Shown here piece by piece: positions 7,770 through 17,180 of a stretch of 40,505 nucleotides of DNA (within the stretch, counting starts at the first letter, position 1; every line of letters starts with the position of its first letter). This DNA comes from Candidatus Kaiserbacteria bacterium RIFCSPHIGHO2_02_FULL_49_16 (lineage in GTDB: Bacteria; Patescibacteriota; Minisyncoccia; Phycocordibacterales; UBA2100), in NCBI GenBank assembly GCA_001781465.1, contig MFLD01000031.1, positions 1-40,505 of the forward strand, in the 5' to 3' direction. The position numbers and the translations under genes were made by a program. The notes beneath the pieces are model-generated. The model made no database searches and was not told the DNA's origin. It saw nothing but the letters and a program-made list of their open reading frames with translations.

Positions 7770-8119
7770 TTGTTTTTGAGATCCTTAATCACATCCTCAA
7801 CCGTAGTGTCGCGCACGTATGTCACGGCGGGGGCAGAGCTTCCCATCTCGCTCCTGCGCGGCGCGCGCTCGCTTCCCTCTGGCTCCTCAATTTTAAGATT
7901 CACTCGCGCGTCGTTCTTCATTCCGACCACTCGCAAAACAGTCCGAATCGCCTTCGCCGTTTGGCCGGAGCGCCCGATAATCTTTCCCATGTCATCCCTG
8001 TGAACAGAGAGCACGAGCAGAACGCCCATCTCGTCTACCGTGCGGGTGATTTTCACGTCCTCCGGATGATCTGCTAATGCCTTAACAACATACTCTAAAA
8101 ACTGCTGGTCTTGTTCCAT
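7763..8119 (-). CDS. KH-domain RNA-binding protein (YlqC/UPF0109-like) with a C-terminal extension
   Basis: LEYVVKALADHPEDVKITRTVDEMGVLLVLSVHRDDMGKIIGRSGQTAKAIRTVL carries the GxxG KH core. The track start at 8176 is TTG. The first ATG (MEQDQQ) is at 8119. Confidence 0.8.
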   Translation of the reverse strand: MEQDQQFLEYVVKALADHPEDVKITRTVDEMGVLLVLSVHRDDMGKIIGRSGQTAKAIRTVLRVVGMKNDARVNLKIEEPEGSERAPRRSEMGSSAPAVTYVRDTTVEDVIKDLKNNQ

Positions 8120-8203
8120 ATTCCGTTTATCCGTCGCTATCTTGTAATTGGTATGAGAGTACAAGAGAAAAGCCAAATTGACAAGTGAGAGAGATGTATA
8201 ATA

Positions 8204-9172
8204 ATGGCGCCCATGGCCGAAACACCTGCCAAGGAACAGTCTGGCTTGCTTTCAAATATTCTTGCGGTCGCCGGTTTGGTAATACTGCTGGGGATACTTA
8301 TTTGGGGAACCACTCATCTGGCGGCGCTTTCCGGCTCGTGGTTTTCATCGTTTTCATTCTCGTCCCCTTCTTCCTCAAAAACCATAAAAGTGACAGTGCC
8401 GACAAAGAAAATATCTTCCGGCGAGCAGTTTTCTGTTTCATGGAAATACAATCCGCGAAATGTCGGTACGTATGCGTTGCTATATCAATGTAAAGAGGGC
8501 TTTCAATTCAAGGCGACAGTAGCCGGGAACACGCCAGTTGCGATTCCATGCGGAATCGGATACACGATGCTGGCGGAAAACAACAAGTTTGACGTTATCC
8601 CACTTCTTTCTGGAACATCCTCGGTTGATGTCCAGCTTTCCATTATTTTTATGTCGAGTGCGGCAACCGCAACCGGCACGCCTTCGCAAGTGCGTGGAAA
8701 TGCTAAGGTGACGATTATCCATTCAACAAGCACGCTTCCCCAAGCGGCCGAAAATACCCCTGTCGAGAAAACTTCTATGCTGCAAACTGTTGAAACTCCG
8801 TCGACTAATGCTACAGACAGCCCAAATCTCTCCGTGCGCATTTTGTCCAAGGGCGTTATTGATCCGATAGGCGGAAACATTATTTCCCGAGAACCAACAT
8901 CGCCTAATGACCTAGTCTCGGTGCGGTTCCTAATTTCAAACGATGGCGGCACATCAACCGGCCCGTGGTACTTCACGGCCAAGCTTCCGACATCGCCGAA
9001 CTATCCTTACACTTCTCCCGCGCAAGCGCCGCTCAAAGCCGGCGGGAAAATTGAGAACATGTTGCGTTTCAAAAACGCTATTCCGGGAGGAGTCTTTTCC
9101 GTGACAGTTGACCCTGTAAACGAAGTTAAAGAATCAGACGAGGGCAATAATTCCGCGAGTACGAGTATCTAG
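8204..9172 (+). CDS. Membrane-anchored protein with a CARDB-like C-terminal domain
   Basis: 322 aa. It has an N-terminal TM helix (LLSNILAVAGLVILLGILIWG). The C-terminus has the CARDB-type signature (FLISNDGGTSTGPWYF ... VDPVNEVKESDEGNNSAS). Confidence 0.65.
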   Translation: MAPMAETPAKEQSGLLSNILAVAGLVILLGILIWGTTHLAALSGSWFSSFSFSSPSSSKTIKVTVPTKKISSGEQFSVSWKYNPRNVGTYALLYQCKEGFQFKATVAGNTPVAIPCGIGYTMLAENNKFDVIPLLSGTSSVDVQLSIIFMSSAATATGTPSQVRGNAKVTIIHSTSTLPQAAENTPVEKTSMLQTVETPSTNATDSPNLSVRILSKGVIDPIGGNIISREPTSPNDLVSVRFLISNDGGTSTGPWYFTAKLPTSPNYPYTSPAQAPLKAGGKIENMLRFKNAIPGGVFSVTVDPVNEVKESDEGNNSASTSI

Positions 9173-9204
9173 TGGGCAGGAGGTAGGAGTTAAGAAATAA
9201 GAAC

Positions 9205-9237
9205 CAAAATGTTCAACACCGAGTGTTGAACATTTTG
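9205..9237. terminator. Bidirectional intrinsic terminator between convergent genes
   Basis: 14-bp perfect stem CAAAATGTTCAACA/TGTTGAACATTTTG with a 5-nt loop. A/T runs on both sides. It lies between the 8204..9172 gene (+) and gyrB (-). Confidence 0.75.
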
Positions 9238-9242
9238 TATTT

Positions 9243-9266
9243 GCTACAAGCTACCGGCTACAAGCT
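9243..9266. repeat. Dispersed 24-mer GCTACAAGCTACCGGCTACAAGCT, copy 2
   Basis: Exact match to 4531-4554. Confidence 0.85.
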
Positions 9267-9276
9267 TATGGCTTTC

Positions 9277-11394
9277 TTAGATATCCAAAGTCGCCTCCTT
9301 AGCATGCGACTGAATGAATGATTTCCGCGCTGGCACATCCGTTCCCATCAACATATCGAACACCATGTCGGCATCTTCAGCGTCTTCTATTGTGACGAGT
9401 TTCAGAATTCTCCTAGAGGGGTCCATGGTAGTTTCCCACAATTCATCCGAGTTCATTTCGCCCAAACCTTTGTAGCGCTGGACGGATAATTTTGCGTTTT
9501 TCCCGACGTTCCGACTTTCGTCGGAAGTCTGGACCCCGACCCCTTCGGGCGTCGGCGCTTCGTCCTCAACCTCGCTCTCCAAGGGAGCATCTTTCCCAGC
9601 AATGGCAACTCGCTCTTCATCGGAATACGCGTAGCTGATTTCTTTTCCTTTCTTTATCTTGAAAAGAGGCGGTTGAGCGATATAGATAAAACCGCCTTCT
9701 ATCAACGGCTTAAAGTGCCGATAAAAAAGCGTGAGGAGTAGCGTGCGGATATGCGCGCCGTCAACATCGGCATCTGTCGCGATAATTATTTTGTGGTAGC
9801 GGAGTTTTTCTATATTGAATACATCGCCAATCGCGGTACCAAGGGCAACTACGAGATTCTTAATTTGTTCAGATGCAAGCATTTTGTCGATTCGAGCGCG
9901 CTCAATGTTCAAAATCTTTCCGCGCAAAGGAAGGATGGCCTGAATGCGCCTGTCGCGCCCCATTTTCGCGGTACCTCCGGCCGAATCTCCCTCCACAATA
10001 AAGAGTTCGCCCTCTTCCGCAAGCCGTGTCTGGCAATCGGCAAGTTTCCCCGGCAGAGTCATTCCATCTAACGCGCCTTTGCGTAAAATGCTGTCTTTGG
10101 CGGCTTTCGCGGCTTTGCGCGCTTTCATAGCGAGCGATACTTTGCCTAAAATAGCCCGCGCCTCGTCGGGATTTTCCTCAAGAAACATTCCGAATGATTC
10201 GCTGAAAACAGTCTCCACAGCCCCGCGCGCCTCAATGCTTCCCAGTTTTCCCTTGGTCTGCCCCTCAAATTGAATTTCGCGGAGTTTTACCGAAACGACC
10301 GCGGTAAGGCCTTCAAGCACGTCATCGCCCGTGAACGTTTCGCTCTCTTTCGTTCCGTTTCCATTTTTGAGCTGTCCATTCAGAGTTCTGGTAAGCGCGG
10401 ATTTGAAACCGGTGATGTGCATTCCGCCCTCGCTGTTATATATATTGTTTGCGAAAGCCGAGATGCGCGAGGTGATGTCGTCCACATATTGAAGCGCTAC
10501 CTCAACCTGCACGTTATCTTGCTCTTTCTCCACATAAAAAACTGTTTTGTGGACGGGCTCCAAGTGCCTGTTGTGGAATGATACGAGCGAACGCAGGCCT
10601 CCTTCAAAATAGAATGTGGTGGAAGGCGCTTCAATCGCTAATTCCCGGAGATAGAAAACCCCATCATCGAAATTCCCCAAGGACGGTCCTTTTGGGGAAC
10701 CGGTCTGCCGAAGATCGAGAATGGTAATCCGCAACCCGCGCACGAGATACGCCTGCTGGCGCATGTGCGCGACAATGGTATCCCAACTTAATGTGCGGTC
10801 GGGGAAAATTGAAGAGTCTGACTCAAACGTGATGATGGTGCCGTGCAATTTGGAAGCGCCGATTTTCTTCGCCTTGCCGATTGGCTTCCCGCCATTTTTG
10901 TATTCCTGCAAAAATTTGACTCCGTCGCGATGTACTTCCGCGCGCACGTGCGATGAAAGCGCGTTAACGACGGAAACGCCAACGCCGTGGAGCCCGCCGG
11001 AAACTTTGTATCCATCGCCGCCGAATTTTCCTCCGGCGTGGAGCATGGTCATCACTGTCTCAAGGGTGGAGACTTTCGTCTTCGGGTGAATGTCTACCGG
11101 AATGCCCCGGCCATTGTCGGCGACGCGCACTTTGTTATCGGGCAAAAGAGCGATTTCAATGTCATTTGCAAATCCTCCCATCGCCTCGTCGCGCGAGTTA
11201 TCAAAAACTTCCCACACAAGATGGTGGAGCCCCGTGGAGCTCGTCGTCCCGATGTACATGCCGGGCCTCCGACGCACCGCTTCGAGTCCCTCGAGTACCG
11301 TGATGTCGCTTGCGCTGTATGAAGAACCCCCTGATTTCGGGGTAGGTTTTGTGGCCTTTTCTGCTTTCTTTTTAGCCATATTTATGGGGTTCAT
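9277..11394 (-). CDS. gyrB: DNA gyrase subunit B
   Basis: 705 aa with YSASDITVLEGLEAVRRRPGMYIG, PLRGKILNIERA, DADVDGAHIRTLLLTLFYR and QRYKGLGEMN. An alternative ATG lies at 11379. Confidence 0.95.
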   Translation of the reverse strand: MNPINMAKKKAEKATKPTPKSGGSSYSASDITVLEGLEAVRRRPGMYIGTTSSTGLHHLVWEVFDNSRDEAMGGFANDIEIALLPDNKVRVADNGRGIPVDIHPKTKVSTLETVMTMLHAGGKFGGDGYKVSGGLHGVGVSVVNALSSHVRAEVHRDGVKFLQEYKNGGKPIGKAKKIGASKLHGTIITFESDSSIFPDRTLSWDTIVAHMRQQAYLVRGLRITILDLRQTGSPKGPSLGNFDDGVFYLRELAIEAPSTTFYFEGGLRSLVSFHNRHLEPVHKTVFYVEKEQDNVQVEVALQYVDDITSRISAFANNIYNSEGGMHITGFKSALTRTLNGQLKNGNGTKESETFTGDDVLEGLTAVVSVKLREIQFEGQTKGKLGSIEARGAVETVFSESFGMFLEENPDEARAILGKVSLAMKARKAAKAAKDSILRKGALDGMTLPGKLADCQTRLAEEGELFIVEGDSAGGTAKMGRDRRIQAILPLRGKILNIERARIDKMLASEQIKNLVVALGTAIGDVFNIEKLRYHKIIIATDADVDGAHIRTLLLTLFYRHFKPLIEGGFIYIAQPPLFKIKKGKEISYAYSDEERVAIAGKDAPLESEVEDEAPTPEGVGVQTSDESRNVGKNAKLSVQRYKGLGEMNSDELWETTMDPSRRILKLVTIEDAEDADMVFDMLMGTDVPARKSFIQSHAKEATLDI

Positions 11395-11448
11395 TGTATC
11401 AGAAAAAGACCCCTTTGCATAGAGGATATGTGTATAAAATCTAGACCA

Positions 11449-13266
11449 TTACCGCACCTCCCAGCCCCGTTTTTTGACCTCTTTGTATACGCTTTCCATA
11501 ACCGCGTTTGCCTCCTCATCAGTAAGCGTTTTCTCAAAAGATTGAAGCACAAGGCGGAACGCGTATGAGATCTTCCCCGCTTTTTCGAATGTGTCGAATA
11601 ATTCGCTTCGCACGAGAAGCTCTCCTGATTCTTTCCGGATGACTTCCAGAATCTCCTCCGGCTTTGTACCGGTCTCTGTCCAAAGCGCGATATCGCGAAC
11701 GATAAACGGATATCGAGAAAAAGACTGATAGCGTTCGGTTGTTGAAATCGGGAAATTCTCATAGTGATCTGCGTTTACTGTCGTGAGTTTGCCTTCCGTG
11801 ATTTTCCCCCCTTGTTTTGTTTCAATTGCCATACCGACCATCACGCTCTCTCTGCCGCCATTCCACACGGTGCCTATTTCGAATAATTTCACTTCTTTCA
11901 GACCAAGTAAATCTTTACTGCGGACATTCTTCTGGAGCGCCTCCGCGAGCCCGTCCGCAAGATTACCGCGCAGATACGGGCGTACCCCGTCGACTTTGTT
12001 AGCAACCACCCGTTCGCCCTTTTCAGAAAACACAGAGGTGAACACCTCTGAATATCCCTTTTCTATTAATCCCGCGCGGGTTTTTTCGCTCTGAGCGAAA
12101 TTAATATTAATGGCAAGTGCCTCTTTGAGTTCTGGAAGTTCCGCGGAAGGAATTTTATCGTACCCCACTATACGTGCGACTTCTTCCACCAAATCTTCCG
12201 GTATTGAAATATCAAGCCGCTCAAATGGCACCTCAACCTTGAAAATCCTATGAGATGACATCTCATAGGATTTTCGTGTAAGGCCAAGGCGAATGAATGC
12301 ATCTGCGATATCTTTTTCTGTGAGCGAAGTTCCTAGGATTTGATTGACCTGCGCGACAGATACTGAAACCTGTTTCTTTTCTTGCGGTTTAGGATATTCA
12401 TCGGCAAACCCGACAAGTTCGCCACCGGCAATTTTGAGAATTAAATCGGTCGCCGCGCGCATGCCATACGCCGCGAGTTCGGGCGAAATGCTCTGCTCAA
12501 ATCTTTGAGATGCATCGGTACGAAGCTTTAATTGCTGTGCAGTCTTTCGCACCGAAGCGCCATCAAAATTCGCCGACTCAATTATTATGTCTGTTGTTGC
12601 CTCATTCACTTCTGCGACTTTTCCTCCCTTTACGCCTGCAATTCCTATCACGGCATCTGCATTCCCGTCTGCAATAACGAGCATAGATTCCGAAAGTACA
12701 TATTCTTTGGCATCCAACGCCAACATCTTCTCGCCCTTTTTGGCATCTCTAACTTGAATCCTGAATTCACTTTTGCCTATTGCCTCTTGCCTCTTGCCTA
12801 TTTTCCCCGCATCAAACGCATGCAGTGGTTGTCCAATGTTGAACATGACAAAATTTGCCGCATCTACGATGTTGTTGATTGATTTCTGGCCTATTGATTC
12901 AAGGTTCTTTCGCAACCAGTCTGGCGATGCACCAACCTTGACCCCTTTGATATATCCGGCGATATATCGTGCGCACAAAGGGGTATCAATCGAAACTTCC
13001 CCATGTCGGGATTTCGTAAATCCCGACATGGGCTCCCGAAGCGGATCGCCCTTCATCGGAATATTTAAAATCGCCGAAAGCTCCTTTGCGATTCCGCGAT
13101 GCGAGAGGCAATCATGCCCGCGGTTCGGCGTCACTTTAACATCAAGAATTTCATTTTCTACACTCTCAATCTCAAAAGCATGAAATGTGAGAGCGTCAGC
13201 AAGCGTCTGCGCATCAGGCAAAGGTGCGGTGAAAAAAGTCTGGAGCCAGTTGCGAGATATTTTCAT
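11449..13266 (-). CDS. pheT: Phenylalanine--tRNA ligase beta subunit (short form)
   Basis: 605 aa. It has a PheT-type N-terminus (MKISRNWLQTFF), lies downstream of pheS, and ends in an FDX-ACB-like segment (FIVRDIALW...SYAFRLVLQS). Confidence 0.9.
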   Translation of the reverse strand: MKISRNWLQTFFTAPLPDAQTLADALTFHAFEIESVENEILDVKVTPNRGHDCLSHRGIAKELSAILNIPMKGDPLREPMSGFTKSRHGEVSIDTPLCARYIAGYIKGVKVGASPDWLRKNLESIGQKSINNIVDAANFVMFNIGQPLHAFDAGKIGKRQEAIGKSEFRIQVRDAKKGEKMLALDAKEYVLSESMLVIADGNADAVIGIAGVKGGKVAEVNEATTDIIIESANFDGASVRKTAQQLKLRTDASQRFEQSISPELAAYGMRAATDLILKIAGGELVGFADEYPKPQEKKQVSVSVAQVNQILGTSLTEKDIADAFIRLGLTRKSYEMSSHRIFKVEVPFERLDISIPEDLVEEVARIVGYDKIPSAELPELKEALAININFAQSEKTRAGLIEKGYSEVFTSVFSEKGERVVANKVDGVRPYLRGNLADGLAEALQKNVRSKDLLGLKEVKLFEIGTVWNGGRESVMVGMAIETKQGGKITEGKLTTVNADHYENFPISTTERYQSFSRYPFIVRDIALWTETGTKPEEILEVIRKESGELLVRSELFDTFEKAGKISYAFRLVLQSFEKTLTDEEANAVMESVYKEVKKRGWEVR

Positions 13267-13267
13267 A

Positions 13268-13870
13268 CTATTTTAGAAATTGAAATCTTTTTCTACCTTT
13301 CCTGTCCAAAGAGTCAGCTGTTTTTGCCCGACCATCTCTCTGGAGTTTTTGCCACAACTTGCGAGCTTCGTAGCGTACATCAGGACTTGAGTATAGGGAC
13401 GCGCCGTATGCCCTTTTACAGTATGCATGCATCAACGCCAGACGTCGCTCTGCAAGACCACGTCTCTGAAAATCAGAGGATTCCGTAGTTGCTGTCCACT
13501 CAGGGTATGGCGTATGTTTCCCTTGCAACATCTCAGAATGAACGATTGTGCTTTCCCCAGCGATTTTGCCCGAAATAAAATCAACAAAATGGCTCATGCG
13601 AGATTTTGCATAATCCAAACTGTGAGTAGCGATGTAGGAAGTGATCCCAGGTTGCTCGACCTTCAAACTCTCTTCCCAAGGATGAACAGCGCTGAAGCTA
13701 AAACGCGATTCATGTTTGCGTTTACTTTCCAATAATTCCTGCACATTGAGAGGTATCTGCCTCATATCAATCGCTTCAAAGGGGAAAATATCCTCCTGGC
13801 CACGCTCTGGCGGAGTGTAAAGACGCTCCTTTCTTCTCTGAAATAAATTGGTTAATTGCGGGAATTTCAT
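13268..13870 (-). CDS. Orphan 200-aa protein wedged between pheS and pheT
   Basis: Its ATG at 13870 is 2 nt after the pheS TAG. Its TAG at 13268-70 is 1 nt before the pheT ATG. I recognise no motif. Confidence 0.65.
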   Translation of the reverse strand: MKFPQLTNLFQRRKERLYTPPERGQEDIFPFEAIDMRQIPLNVQELLESKRKHESRFSFSAVHPWEESLKVEQPGITSYIATHSLDYAKSRMSHFVDFISGKIAGESTIVHSEMLQGKHTPYPEWTATTESSDFQRRGLAERRLALMHAYCKRAYGASLYSSPDVRYEARKLWQKLQRDGRAKTADSLDRKGRKRFQFLK

Positions 13871-13872
13871 AC

Positions 13873-14673
13873 CTAGAATTGATTAATAAACCTCAAATCC
13901 GCCGAGTGCATAAGACGTATGTCGTCTATGCCCCATTTGAGCATTGCCAGGCGGTCTATTCCGAAACCGAATGCGAATCCTTGATACTTCTCTGAGTCGA
14001 CGCCGGAATTTTTGAGAACATTCGGATGCACCATGCCCGCGCCGCCCATCTCCATCCATTTGTCGCGGAGTTTTTCCGGCACCCTAAACGCTTCGCTTTG
14101 CGAAGCGTCGGGCGAACTTCCCGCTTCGCGGGAAGTTTTAGCCTCCATCAATTGCATATCCACCTCGACTGATGGTTCAGTGAAAGGGAAAAAGCTCGGG
14201 CGAAATCGCACTTCAACGGAGGTACCGCCGAACAGTTCTTGGAAAAATCGCGCTAGAGTTCCTTTGAGTTGCGCAAGCGTCACATCTTCCCCTACCGCAA
14301 GCGCCTCTATCTGAAAGAATTCCGACTCGTGCCCCATATCGGTCGCCTCGTTTCTGAATACCTTGCCCATGGACACTATTCGGTACGGCGGTTGGATTCC
14401 CTTCTTCACTTGAGATTCCATATAGCGTATCTGCACATTCGATGTGTGCGTACGTAGAACATTTCCCTGTTCATTTTTTATGAAGAAAGTGTCCTGCATG
14501 TCGCGCGAAGGATGGTCTTTCGGCACATTTAGGGCGTCAAAGTTGTACCATTCGCTTTCAAGTAAAGGCCCCTCCGCGAGAGAAAACCCCATATCAAAAA
14601 AGATTTTGTTCGCTTCCCGTATCAGAGAAGATATCGGGTGCAAGTGTCCTCTCTGAACGTCCTGCGGTTTCAT
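13873..14673 (-). CDS. pheS: Phenylalanine--tRNA ligase alpha subunit (short form, with an internal insertion)
   Basis: 266 aa with class II motifs ([50 protein letters not shown]). About 25 extra residues precede [10 protein letters not shown]. Confidence 0.95.
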   Translation of the reverse strand: [266 protein letters not shown]

Positions 14674-14685
14674 GCTGTCAGTATA

Positions 14686-15504
14686 CTAAAGTCCCTCGAT
14701 TTCGTAGAGCTTATTCCCGTTTTTCACGATTAGCTTGCCGTCAATGATGCGGAAGATGGCTCCGCGTCGGGGGTACACAGGAGAAACGCTCGGCGTCGGG
14801 CGAATATCTGCCTCCGCAAGGAAGACCCCCTCTTCTTTTGTCGCATATACTACGCCTCCGCCGAAAAACGAGGCTTCCAAGCTTTTTTGCGCGCCGTTTT
14901 CTATCGGAATTTCTTTCACGCAGTAAGAGGGCCGACCGCAAAAGTTGCTTGTTTGCAATACGCTCTCATCGCCCAAGCGTACAAATACATTTCCATTCTC
15001 GATAAATACAGATTCGCCATATGCGCCGCGCGTGCTGGTCGCGGCTTTCACATAAAATGCGGCTTTGTATAAATCATACTCTGATTTGGAAATCACTTTG
15101 GTGGTAGAGGCGCCCGCGCCATATGAAATGAGCACTGCTCGAATGTCATTTGGAATTAGAAACGCCCGAGTATCAGAAACAAGATTCTCCTCCACCACGA
15201 GAGTTCTGTGCCAAGGCCTAAGGCCCTCGCGCGTAACAAGAATTTCATACGAACTTGGGGCGAGATTATCTATATAAAATCCTCTTTTCACTATACCGCT
15301 AGTGCCCACTGCCTCTCCGTTAATAGAAACATCGGCACCCGCATATGGAACCGAAATAAATATTCCGCCTGTTTTTATGAATCCAAATCCGTTCCTAAAA
15401 TTGTATCCGCTAGCAAAAAATAATGCCACTGGAAGACAAATCAAAAAAAGCAGGATGAGACCGTAGAGATACATTCGTCGTGTACTGCGTGGAAACGGTT
15501 TCAT
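14686..15504 (-). CDS. Membrane-anchored PEGA-domain protein
   Basis: 272 aa with an N-terminal TM helix. ADVSINGEAVGTSG...YEILVTREGLRPW has the PEGA-like fold signature. Confidence 0.65.
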   Translation of the reverse strand: MKPFPRSTRRMYLYGLILLFLICLPVALFFASGYNFRNGFGFIKTGGIFISVPYAGADVSINGEAVGTSGIVKRGFYIDNLAPSSYEILVTREGLRPWHRTLVVEENLVSDTRAFLIPNDIRAVLISYGAGASTTKVISKSEYDLYKAAFYVKAATSTRGAYGESVFIENGNVFVRLGDESVLQTSNFCGRPSYCVKEIPIENGAQKSLEASFFGGGVVYATKEEGVFLAEADIRPTPSVSPVYPRRGAIFRIIDGKLIVKNGNKLYEIEGL

Positions 15505-17039
15505 TTTCTAGTTATTTTCGGCGTTACCCAGAATCCTAAATACCTCCCGAAAAATAATCGGATTTGAGCGTCAAGACCGGGAATAGATGTGAATATTACC
15601 ATTGTTGCTGGAACTAGAGCCCACTGAAAAAAGAGCTGAAGGCTTCTCCATCTGCCATACTCGCTCGGTCGCGCAGGCACCAACTGCATTCCGATTGCCG
15701 CGCATACGATGAGCCCGAACAGTGACGCTGTGAGAAATACTTTTGCTATGAGTGGAAGATTATATGAAAGCACGGTGGCATTGAATCCTCTGCCTCCTAC
15801 TAGAAGCGGGAGCCAGCCAACGGCAAATAGAACCAGTGGATGAGTGACCAGCGACCAAAAGCCTTCTATCTGCACGAATGCGGCGTGGAATTTCTTTGCG
15901 AATGGAATGCGCGGATTTTTCATAAATGTAAAAAGTATGTAGGCGATATTTTCGGCTCCATAAGTCCACCGACGGTGCTGTTTATAAATGTTTTTTGCCG
16001 TGCCCAAAAGTGTCGGCGCAACATTCGCATCCATGGAAACCGGATACGCCATGGGAATAACTTCGTAATCTCCATCGTAGCGCGCTAAAAGATTCCAGAA
16101 GATGCGCGAATCTTCCGAAACGACATTTTTTTGCCAGTAACCAACTTCGTAAAGCTGTTGGAACGGGACGGCGTGCGAAGAAAACGTTGCGAGTTTTTCC
16201 GGCCGCTCCTGCTGTATCATCTGCCAGAAAGAACTTGAATAGGCCATAACGCGCGAGAGCATTGGCGCAGTCCAGATATTGTTGTTATAGAGAGGCACGG
16301 GCTGGAAAGAAGAGCGCGATCTATTTTCTGCTGTCAGGAAATACCAAGTGAGGCAGGCGAAATATTGCGGGTACACGACAGTATCTATGTCTAGCGCGGA
16401 AACAAGGACGCTCTCGTAGGAAAGTTTGCGCGGATCAAGAATGCGGACACGCGCCTCCTCGGCCGCAAACGCAATGTTGGAGCCCTTCCCGATTATTTCC
16501 CCCGGCACATCCGCTGGATGCAAAACAACTTGGAAATCTAGAAACTTGCTTCCGAATTCACCCTTGATGCGCTCGGCGATCCTTCTCTGTTCCACGCCAG
16601 CGCGAGCTTCCGCTGAAAGTACGACACATATTTTCTTGGGATCCCACGCCGCCTTTATGAGCCCGTTCATACTCTCTGCGACAACTTGGTAATCCTCGTT
16701 ATAGAAAGGAAAGATGACCAGGTGTACGACTTCTTCGTAACGCAAATTCTTGAGGCGCGCATTCCAATCAAGCGCCATATTGTGGCGCATGCGCTTGAAA
16801 TTGTAACGAAGGTGGATTGAAAGATATATTGTTCGAAATAACCAATACATCGAGAAGATAATCGTGAGGTAGGCAGCCAAATCTGGTCTTGAAAAAGATA
16901 GCGCGACAAACAAAAACAAAGTGCCAACAGAAAGGAATCCGGGCAACATTTCAAATAGACGATAGATTATCCTATCGCGGCCAGAAAGATCGCTCGCGCG
17001 ACCGACGTGTAAATACCAATATTTTGAAGTGTTTTCCAT
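15501..17039 (-). CDS. Integral-membrane family-2-like glycosyltransferase
   Basis: 512 aa. TM helices at both ends flank a cytoplasmic domain with VIFPFYNEDYQVV, and there are multiple C-terminal TM helices. A 4-nt ATGA overlap joins it to the PEGA gene. Confidence 0.6.
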   Translation of the reverse strand: MENTSKYWYLHVGRASDLSGRDRIIYRLFEMLPGFLSVGTLFLFVALSFSRPDLAAYLTIIFSMYWLFRTIYLSIHLRYNFKRMRHNMALDWNARLKNLRYEEVVHLVIFPFYNEDYQVVAESMNGLIKAAWDPKKICVVLSAEARAGVEQRRIAERIKGEFGSKFLDFQVVLHPADVPGEIIGKGSNIAFAAEEARVRILDPRKLSYESVLVSALDIDTVVYPQYFACLTWYFLTAENRSRSSFQPVPLYNNNIWTAPMLSRVMAYSSSFWQMIQQERPEKLATFSSHAVPFQQLYEVGYWQKNVVSEDSRIFWNLLARYDGDYEVIPMAYPVSMDANVAPTLLGTAKNIYKQHRRWTYGAENIAYILFTFMKNPRIPFAKKFHAAFVQIEGFWSLVTHPLVLFAVGWLPLLVGGRGFNATVLSYNLPLIAKVFLTASLFGLIVCAAIGMQLVPARPSEYGRWRSLQLFFQWALVPATMVIFTSIPGLDAQIRLFFGRYLGFWVTPKITRK

Positions 17040-17180
17040 ACATCTGTTGACGCACCAACCATCTGCTTAAACGAGGGCTTAAATACTAACTCCCGACGCT
17101 TCGGTCGGGACCCCGACCGCTTCGCGCGTCTGGGATGGAGTGCCGAGTCAGAACACTATAATCTTTTGGAGGCGTTCTGA

